Assembly: GCA_030533225.1 (NCBI GenBank)
Contig: JAUNJO010000001.1
Location: 34,402-98,401, forward strand
DNA from: Eubacteriales bacterium
GTDB lineage: Bacteria; Bacillota; Clostridia; Oscillospirales; Acutalibacteraceae
Reading direction: 5' to 3'
Length of the DNA: 64,000 nt
Part shown: in pieces, positions 57,665 through 64,000 of the stretch
How the letters are laid out: each line of letters begins with the position of its first letter
Position numbering within the stretch: position 1 is the first letter of the stretch
Position numbers and translations under genes: made by a program
The notes under the pieces: generated by a model
Databases searched by the model: none
Seen by the model: only the letters and a program-made list of their open reading frames with translations
What the model was told of the DNA's origin: nothing

Positions 57665-57925
57665 TTAAAACGGGAGATCTTCATCCTGTGCATCATGCAT
57701 TCCTTCCACCGGTGCCTCTTCGTAATACCAGGCATAGTCTCTGATAAACTCTCTTACCTCAAAAAGGCAGAAAGCAATGAAAAGGCAAAGGAAAAAGATG
57801 TTGCTGACACACTCAAAGATGAGTCCGAGCTGAAAAGCAAGGTAGACGTTGGATATCCCAACAGGGATAATGATTGCCGCCATGACGAGCATAGCGATGG
57901 TTAAGATGAATGATAATTTTCTCAT
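57665..57925 (-). CDS. Small membrane protein, first gene of operon 3
   Basis: Two TMs; RBS AAAGGAG. Confidence 0.65.
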   Translation of the reverse strand: MRKLSFILTIAMLVMAAIIIPVGISNVYLAFQLGLIFECVSNIFFLCLFIAFCLFEVREFIRDYAWYYEEAPVEGMHDAQDEDLPF

Positions 57926-58025
57926 AGTGAGACACGCTCCTTTTCGTTTTGTTTATATAGTAACGGCAAGCCCTGAGGCTCCCCGAGAAAAAAGGTTGGG
58001 GGAACCTTTCGGCTCCGATCTATAT

Positions 58026-58100
58026 AAAAAAAGCACCCATCAAAAACACATACGTGCATTCAATGAGTGCTCTTGTAGCCAGTTATGGTGGCTCTGATAG
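58026..58100 (-). promoter_or_regulatory. Second, degenerate TATCAGAG-hairpin-terminator module in tandem with leader copy 3
   Basis: TATCAGAG-CC-accataact-GGCT-ACAAGAG then AGCACTCATT/GATGGGTGCT stem + T tract. Confidence 0.65.
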
Positions 58101-58172
58101 GTTGTAAAAAGAAGGGATAGCCCCTTCAGTTTCGGTATCTTGTGCTTCTTACTGGAAGAAAGCATAAGAAAT

Positions 58173-58291
58173 AAAAAAAGTGCCCAAAGATAAAATCTCG
58201 GGCACTGTGAAAACTCTGATAACTACTACTGCCATTAGGCAATATCTGATACTAACATATATATTATAACAATCTTACGCCTGATAGTCAA
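58173..58291 (-). promoter_or_regulatory. Conserved leader copy 3 (diverged)
   Basis: TTGACT-17-TGnTATAAT (58291-58263); shares 22-bp and 13-bp blocks with copies 1/2; different hairpin sequences. Confidence 0.85.
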
Positions 58292-58321
58292 GTATTTGCG
58301 GCAAAAACCGTTGGACACTGG

Positions 58322-59098
58322 TCAATCCCGAATAACACCTATCAAAACAAAACGTGCATTATCGAACTCATAACTGCAGGTGGACAACGTCAGAACCCTG
58401 TCTGTGACTGCAGGAGAAAGGTCGCTTTCTATCCAGGACTTTTCCTTGATTTCTTTAATCCAAGATTCAAAGTCGTCGTCAGACTGGAACCCCAGTTTCC
58501 AGGCATCTTCTTTTACGCCGGCTACGTAACCGGCAAAGAAGTCTATCCGGTAGACTGTGTCCGGAGTAATAAACAGCCCGGTTGGATGGCATTCGAAGTA
58601 TTCTTGCTTTTTATATTTCGTAAGTCCCGAGAACATTTTACCGTTCTTCATGTGATGGCCATAAATGATGGTATGTCGATCTGACAGAGAGGCATCAACC
58701 CGAGAGTCCATAAAGATGCATCCGCTGCTATTCCATTTACCGTCAAACAAATGCTTTAGATAATAACTGTTGTCATCGCCTTGTACGACGGGATAACTGA
58801 TATCGGTGTCGGGAATGTAGATCCAACCAACACAGTCTGGGTTAATCGCCAGTAATGCATCAAAGTCAATTTTAGGGTCATTGCTCGGCACCTGCGTTTC
58901 TCCAGACTCACTTTGATTTGTGTCCGTTGGTTCGGACTCGGGTGTCACCCGTGGTATGGAGACATAATTCTCTAAGTCAGTATAGGTATCGGCACTTTCT
59001 TTGTTTTCCTTCAGCTCCCGGAAAACGCGAATTCCGGAGAATATAGCGATAAACGCCAAAAGCATAACCAGTATGGAGATAATAATCTTTTTTATCAT
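58322..59098 (-). CDS. srtB: Class B sortase
   Basis: VGWIYIPDTDISYPVVQ, IYGHHMKNG, LTLSTC, ARF. Confidence 0.92.
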   Translation of the reverse strand: MIKKIIISILVMLLAFIAIFSGIRVFRELKENKESADTYTDLENYVSIPRVTPESEPTDTNQSESGETQVPSNDPKIDFDALLAINPDCVGWIYIPDTDISYPVVQGDDNSYYLKHLFDGKWNSSGCIFMDSRVDASLSDRHTIIYGHHMKNGKMFSGLTKYKKQEYFECHPTGLFITPDTVYRIDFFAGYVAGVKEDAWKLGFQSDDDFESWIKEIKEKSWIESDLSPAVTDRVLTLSTCSYEFDNARFVLIGVIRD

Positions 59099-59925
59099 AA
59101 TTTGTTCGCTTTCTCTTTCATCTGCTTTGCGGAAGGGTTGCTATAGATAAGAGTTGTTTGCACGTTGCTGTGGCCGGCTTGGTTGGCAACCTCGTGAATA
59201 CGGTACTCACCGGTATCAAGGGCATGGCTACAAAAATAGTGCCGCAGCATCTTTGGCGTAATCGTATCCGAATACTGATTGAAGATCTGGTTGATCCTGG
59301 ACGCTGCCATTCGCACAGACTGGCGGCTCACGAAGAGATAGGGACTCTCTGACTTGCGGACCTTAAGGTACTCGCGGATGGCGTGCACCGTCTTGTCATT
59401 CAAGTATACGGTTCGGTACTTATCGCCCTTACCGACGATGTAGATCTCCTTAGCAACCAAATCCACGTGCTCCAGTTTGAGATTCACACACTCAGACCGA
59501 CGAATGCCGGTGTAGGTGTAGAGTGTCACAATAGCGAAGTCGCGTTTGCTTCCGCCCTCCAAAAGCCTTTGGCGGAATGCTTCCACGTCCTTTTGCTCAA
59601 CGGTGCAGGGATTGGCATACTGGACCTGCACCTTCATAAAATCATTCTTTAGGATTGCCATCTCGGTCTGACACCCGGAGCTGATCAGGAACTCGTTGAA
59701 TGCCCGTAAAGAAGAAAGGTGGTTATTTACGGATTTTGGATTATACCCCTTTATGTTTCTCATATATGAGATATAATCAAGGACGTTTGCTCGGTATAAC
59801 ATAAGTGGTATTGTTCCGAAACTGTCTTCACACCATCGATTAAATATACGCACCTTGTCGCAGTAGTTCTTCGCGGTATTTTCTGATTTCCCTATTCCGC
59901 GTAGATAGTCATAAAATTCTTTCAT
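59095..59925 (-). CDS. XerC/D-like tyrosine recombinase
   Basis: SAM-like N-domain, TGIRRSE, GKGDK, KMLRH, AGH, TLIY; no arm-binding domain. Confidence 0.92.
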   Translation of the reverse strand: MKEFYDYLRGIGKSENTAKNYCDKVRIFNRWCEDSFGTIPLMLYRANVLDYISYMRNIKGYNPKSVNNHLSSLRAFNEFLISSGCQTEMAILKNDFMKVQVQYANPCTVEQKDVEAFRQRLLEGGSKRDFAIVTLYTYTGIRRSECVNLKLEHVDLVAKEIYIVGKGDKYRTVYLNDKTVHAIREYLKVRKSESPYLFVSRQSVRMAASRINQIFNQYSDTITPKMLRHYFCSHALDTGEYRIHEVANQAGHSNVQTTLIYSNPSAKQMKEKANKL

Positions 59926-60062
59926 TGTTATCGCCTCCTACCTCTATTACACGAATAGGAGGCAGGAGATACAACAAAAAATTATGTTTAACTGAGTTTG
60001 GTGGAAAAGAATGTTGATTATGTTTAACTCAGGTCCTGTTTGAAAAGCAACGGATATCTCCA

Positions 60063-60090
60063 CTTAAACATAATTGTCATTATATTTAAC
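60063..60090. promoter_or_regulatory. dif-like 11-6-11 recombination site upstream of the recombinase
   Basis: CTTAAACATAA-TTGTCA-TTATATTTAAC; extra half-sites TTATGTTTAAC at 59982 and 60018. Confidence 0.65.
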
Positions 60091-60188
60091 CCAGTCCGGC
60101 GTCAAAAATCAGAGTGGCTACGATAGTGAATTTACAAAAAGCACTTGATATTATTCCTCAAAATGAATATAATATATAATAGTGAATT

Positions 60189-60404
60189 ATGAAGGGAGTG
60201 TTTGCAGTGGATTACATCTCTACAATCGAAGCCGGCGAAAAATGGAATCTGTCACACAGACGTGTTGCAATCCTTTGCTCTGAGGGACGGATCCCGGGCG
60301 TTAAGAAAGTCGGTAACACATGGCTTATTCCGGCTGATGCAGATAAACCTGCAGATGCTCGTGTGAAAACCGGTAAGTATATTAAAACTCAGTCTGAAGA
60401 ATAA
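60189..60404 (+). CDS. Small HTH (excisionase/MerR-like) DNA-binding protein
   Basis: YISTIEAGEKWNLSHRRVAILCSEGRIPGVKKVGNTWLIP; promoter TTGATA-17-TATAAT at 60145-60173. Confidence 0.85.
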   Translation: MKGVFAVDYISTIEAGEKWNLSHRRVAILCSEGRIPGVKKVGNTWLIPADADKPADARVKTGKYIKTQSEE

Positions 60405-60434
60405 GAAGCAGAATTTCAAGAAGGTGGTGAGGAG

Positions 60435-61034
60435 ATGGCAAGGCGATTCAAAGAGGCCAGAAAAAAGAATAACTTAAAGCTGACCGCTGCTGCAAAGCTG
60501 CTTGGCGTCTCTCAGCCCACACTCAGTTCATGGGAGGCCGGCCGAAAGTCTCCCACACTGGACAATCTTGAAAAGATGGCCGAGCTCTATGATGTGACGA
60601 CCGATTACCTGCTCGGCAGAGAAAAGACCGGAACTACAGCGATCTCTCTTCCATTGACACAGGAAAAGATTCTAATCTCAAATGGGAAACCGCTTTGGTC
60701 AAGCAAATACGGTTGGCTACTCATCAGCGCATCGGCGCAGGAGTATATCACCGCAACAGGCGAACGTATTCCTTTTGACGCTGCCGGAAAGGTTATTGAA
60801 GTACCGGAGCGATTTGCTGAAAGCAATGTTCCTCAATCAGAGCCGTTAACTCGGTCTGACGTAACATTACAAACTCAAGTGTGGGTAGAGCCCATTTCTC
60901 CAGACTCAGATTTGCGCGAACAATTGCGTGGCTGGTATCAGGTTAAAGACCGTTTCGTTGAAAACGAGTATGGTATCAAGTTTTCTATAGACAGTTACGG
61001 AGCTAAATGGTTGGCATTCAAATCAAATATATAA
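60435..61034 (+). CDS. XRE-family HTH protein with uncharacterised C-terminal domain
   Basis: RFKEARKKNNLKLTAAAKLLGVSQPTLSSWEAG...DVTTDYLLG. Confidence 0.85.
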   Translation: MARRFKEARKKNNLKLTAAAKLLGVSQPTLSSWEAGRKSPTLDNLEKMAELYDVTTDYLLGREKTGTTAISLPLTQEKILISNGKPLWSSKYGWLLISASAQEYITATGERIPFDAAGKVIEVPERFAESNVPQSEPLTRSDVTLQTQVWVEPISPDSDLREQLRGWYQVKDRFVENEYGIKFSIDSYGAKWLAFKSNI

Positions 61035-61106
61035 CTTACAAAGGCGCCGCATTCTGCGACGCCTTTGGTTATGTTCTGCATACCCACAAATTACGTATTT
61101 GATATT

Positions 61107-61775
61107 TTATATCCGAAAGATCCCAAAGTTTTTCAGGGCGAGCTTTCTTTTCTGAAAAACAAACAACATTCCAACAAGCAAAACTACCACAATCCCCATA
61201 CTAAACAACAAGTACTGCGACATCTGCAATCCATCCTCTTTGATTGTCAAGTCATAGATTTCATCTGTATACTCAACAACGACGGCATTACCATACCTTT
61301 CTGTAATTTCCTCAAGCATATTTTGAGTTTCCAAGTCATACTTTCGGTCTTTCAATATACCTAACTTAATGCAGTTGTTTTGTTCATTAAGTCCGGTTGA
61401 GACAAGGCCTAAATCTTTTTTCATATACTCGTCGATTTCCCTTTGAATTTGAAATAGGTAATTTCGACTATACTCTTGATAAACAAAGGTCAACGAAGAA
61501 TCGTCTTTTACAAGTTCAATCATTTTTTGCTTTCCAGACTCATTATTTTGAATGCCAAAGGTTAGATTGCTTGCTCCACCATCTGTAGACCATACACCGC
61601 AAATATAATCGGGCATATTTTCATACCACGCTTCATATAGTTCTCCAGCGGTATTATATTTTGCTTCTTCTGCGGATGCAATAATTGAACAAGAGCAAAT
61701 AAGCAATATGGCGAGAATCAAAGCAGATACGTGGGTAGTTATCTTCCAGACAGAGCACTTGTCAAAAGGAAACAA
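61107..61775 (-). CDS. Hypothetical secreted/membrane-anchored protein, 5' end possibly damaged
   Basis: Signal-like hydrophobic stretch, C-terminal TM + basic tail; no clear RBS. Confidence 0.6.
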   Translation of the reverse strand: MFPFDKCSVWKITTHVSALILAILLICSCSIIASAEEAKYNTAGELYEAWYENMPDYICGVWSTDGGASNLTFGIQNNESGKQKMIELVKDDSSLTFVYQEYSRNYLFQIQREIDEYMKKDLGLVSTGLNEQNNCIKLGILKDRKYDLETQNMLEEITERYGNAVVVEYTDEIYDLTIKEDGLQMSQYLLFSMGIVVVLLVGMLFVFQKRKLALKNFGIFRI

Positions 61776-62017
61776 TCGAGAAATTGAGCGGAAATTTGTA
61801 CCCCCTCACTTGTCCATAGAAAAAATCGGGTTGCTGCACACCCTTGATTTGAAAATATGCAAAAAATATCCCTCGGTATCGATTGACACCGAGGGGACGG
61901 ACGGCAGAGAAAAGAAAAAGGCTTACCGAGTTTTTATGCTCAGTCAGCCGTTGGATATGAAATTGTCAGCTGTGCCGGAGAAGATTTTTCGGGTTCAGCG
62001 AGTAGGGATAGATACAA

Positions 62018-62049
62018 ATGCACCCTGCGGATTTTTCTCCGCAGGGTGC
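62018..62049 (-). terminator. Hairpin ending the pilus operon
   Basis: GCACCCTGCGGA/TCCGCAGGGTGC 12-bp stem. Confidence 0.7.
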
Positions 62050-62069
62050 GCCTGACGATTATTTATCTC

Positions 62070-62699
62070 TTAGCTGTTCTTTTTGCCGTGCAGCGCCGTG
62101 CCGATGGCGCCCGCAAGGGAAACCATCATCAGCGCAAACCACAATGCCATATTGCTGTTATCGCCCGTCTGCGGCCCATCCGGGTTATCCGGATTGTCCG
62201 GCAGTGGATATTTGTTTACGAATTTGATTTTATCCGGTTTGCCGTCCATACCGGAAACCGATAGTACAATCTCGCTTTCTAACCCTTTCCCATCCTGCCG
62301 GTTTGTAATATACACCTTCATGGTATAGACTGTATCGTCATAGGTACACTGGCTGTTGCTGCCCTGGACCTGAGAAATGGTATAGGTATAAACGCCCGGC
62401 TTTTCATAAGTGAGTGCGGGAACTTTTACCGTTCCGCTGCCTTTGATAGTGAGCGGATATCCGTCTTTGGTGCTGCCCAGCGGCATGGGATTGAACAGCG
62501 CATCATCAGCCTGCATCACAATTTTATACTCCTCGTCCGGCGACGGGGCGGCTCCCTCCAGCTTTATTTCCACAGACGGCAGCTCCACCCGCAGCGGCTC
62601 CGCCGCCAGCGCCGTCACAGGAAGCCCTGCTACAGCCAGCACTGCCAACAGCGCGCCTGCAAGTAAAGCCCTGTATCCTTTCTTTTTCATATTCCGCAT
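62070..62699 (-). CDS. Sortase-anchored pilin (Spy0128/FctA-like domain)
   Basis: Signal peptide, YEKPGVYTYTISQ, YDDTVY, FVNKY, PQTGD + TM + basic tail. Confidence 0.85.
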   Translation of the reverse strand: MRNMKKKGYRALLAGALLAVLAVAGLPVTALAAEPLRVELPSVEIKLEGAAPSPDEEYKIVMQADDALFNPMPLGSTKDGYPLTIKGSGTVKVPALTYEKPGVYTYTISQVQGSNSQCTYDDTVYTMKVYITNRQDGKGLESEIVLSVSGMDGKPDKIKFVNKYPLPDNPDNPDGPQTGDNSNMALWFALMMVSLAGAIGTALHGKKNS

Positions 62700-62704
62700 T
62701 CCTC

Positions 62705-63481
62705 CTATTTCGCCGCCATGCGGGGCTGCATTGCCGCCAGTACAATCGTTCTTGCATCGCTGAACTCCGAAGAACAGGTGCTCAGCGCCAATACCTGCGG
62801 CGCTTTTGAAGCGCGCAGTGTTTCTATCGTTTCCTGTCGGACATACAGCGCATGCTGCTCCGCATAATCCAGCAGGCCATCTATATCAGTCCGCCACTGA
62901 TCCGGCTCGAAGATATTGTCCTCCGATGCACTCACCAGCAGACAGGCAAAAATTTCAAGATCATAGCCCTTGCCGGGCACAAGCAGCGTTCCTGTACGGT
63001 TCTCGTCAAAGAACGCTTTATTCTTAAACAAATCCAGGTCTCCGAACATACCGCCGTTTTCCATGTGATGGCCGTACAGCAGTGAACAGGGCTCAGAGAA
63101 ATCAGAGGCGTTGCGGGAGTCCAGATAAATGCTCCCTGCCAGCGCAAAGTTTCCGTACACATCCGTGTTGATATAGCTAAGGTTGGTTTCCCCCTGCAAA
63201 ACGGGGTAATCGATTTTCGTGTTGTCCACGGTAATCCATGCGCACACATCCGGGTTGACGGCCAGAAGCTCCGCAAAAGAGGGTCCGTCGGGCGCATCCG
63301 CATTCGGCTTGAGTTTCAGCATATCCGCCTGCACATTCTCGGCGGCGGCGTAAATCCGATTGTTGTCCCACAGAGCGTATGCAGCATACGCACCGCAGAC
63401 GCACAGGGCTGCCACAACCAAAAAGGTAATGACGGAATTGGCAGCCTTCAAAATCCGATGCCGTATCGTTTTTTCACCCAT
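62705..63481 (-). CDS. srtB: Pilus-associated class B sortase
   Basis: AWITVDNTKIDYPVLQG, LLYGHHM, LALSTC, ARTIV. Confidence 0.93.
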   Translation of the reverse strand: MGEKTIRHRILKAANSVITFLVVAALCVCGAYAAYALWDNNRIYAAAENVQADMLKLKPNADAPDGPSFAELLAVNPDVCAWITVDNTKIDYPVLQGETNLSYINTDVYGNFALAGSIYLDSRNASDFSEPCSLLYGHHMENGGMFGDLDLFKNKAFFDENRTGTLLVPGKGYDLEIFACLLVSASEDNIFEPDQWRTDIDGLLDYAEQHALYVRQETIETLRASKAPQVLALSTCSSEFSDARTIVLAAMQPRMAAK

Positions 63482-63588
63482 TCTCCGGCTGCCCTCCTTT
63501 CCGTCCGGGGTATCTGCCGCCGCAGCGGAGGGCGGAAAACCGTCCTCCGCTACCGCGGTCTATCGTTTATCGTATGGTATTGCTGTTT

Positions 63589-64000
63589 TTAGTTTTCGCG
63601 GGCTGTGCGTCTCTTGACAAAGAACACGGCCAGGCCAACAACCACGAAGGCCAGCAGCAGAATGTAGGGCAGGCTGTCCAGCAGCACGCCGGTATCCACG
63701 TTGATGCCCTTGTTGTTGACGATCTTTACGGATTCGCCGTCTGCGTCCATTGTGGAAGTGGCGCCGTCTTGCATGACGGTAGCTTCAGCAGCATTGATGC
63801 TATACTTCGCAGCGTCGTACTTGCCGCCTGCTTCATTGGTGTAATCCTTTTCCTTTACGACATAGGTTACGTCTGCGGGCAAGTTCTGGAAGGTGACGGT
63901 GCCGTCATGCTTGAGCTTGATGGTCTTGGTCACGGACTTGGTGGCGGGATTGGAGCCGTCGTCCGCCTCCCAATCGGCCTCTGTGGTGGATATCGATTCG
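63589..64000 (-). CDS. Pilin subunit, C-terminal part (continues beyond window)
   Basis: Frame open to 64000; YVVKE, IVNNK, VDTGVLLDSLPY sorting signal, TM, KRR tail. Confidence 0.85.
   Translation of the reverse strand, partial: ESISTTEADWEADDGSNPATKSVTKTIKLKHDGTVTFQNLPADVTYVVKEKDYTNEAGGKYDAAKYSINAAEATVMQDGATSTMDADGESVKIVNNKGINVDTGVLLDSLPYILLLAFVVVGLAVFFVKRRTAREN

Larger units (their letters stand above)
21126..64000 (-). mobile_element. Large integrative (probably conjugative) element, continuing past the window end
   Basis: att-like site, int/xis, regulatory block, partition/replication/recombination genes, SrtB pilus; nearly all genes co-oriented; no relaxase/T4SS in window. Confidence 0.88.

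Noticed and set aside
57739-57746. Another TATCAGAG match
   Set aside because: It lies inside a CDS with no associated hairpin. Roughly one chance hit is expected for an 8-mer over this length.
1-64000. tRNA/rRNA genes, reverse transcriptase/DGR, phage structural genes, relaxase/T4SS
   Set aside because: None recognised by eye. Absence is limited by manual inspection and by the element extending beyond the window.

Overview
Bases 1 to ~21.1 kb are chromosomal backbone of a Clostridia gut bacterium. Three dockerin proteins, one with a CBM26-like module, suggest a Ruminococcus bromii-like host. This part holds a sortase B, gpmI-tpiA-pgk, trmL, an M23 peptidase, luxS, a GH25 muramidase, ytvI, dockerin-bearing LRR, CotH and papain proteins, and an EF-G paralog with degenerate GTPase motifs. 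From ~21.13 kb to the window end lies one end of a large integrative element, almost entirely on the minus strand. Its boundary carries what looks like the displaced 3' tip of lysS. The element encodes Int/Xis, a Tn916-like regulatory block, ParM/ParR, a primase, RecD2, a Rad52-like annealase with YqaJ exonuclease and SSB, AbiE toxin-antitoxin, an IS1182 inserted in a terminator, two methyltransferase-like genes, a MoxR-AAA/VWA pair, an IreB paralog, a second tyrosine recombinase beside a dif-like site, and a SrtB pilus cluster. No relaxase or T4SS gene is in the window, so conjugation is inferred only. The most striking unexplained structure is non-coding. Three copies of a promoter / hairpin flanked by UAUCAGA repeats / long terminator leader (33.95, 47.97 and 58.17 kb) head the three long operons. 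The hairpin sequences differ between copies while pairing is kept, degenerate copies and further terminators occur inside the operons, and the pattern suggests an undescribed antitermination or attenuation regulon. All family assignments are by motif recognition without database searches.
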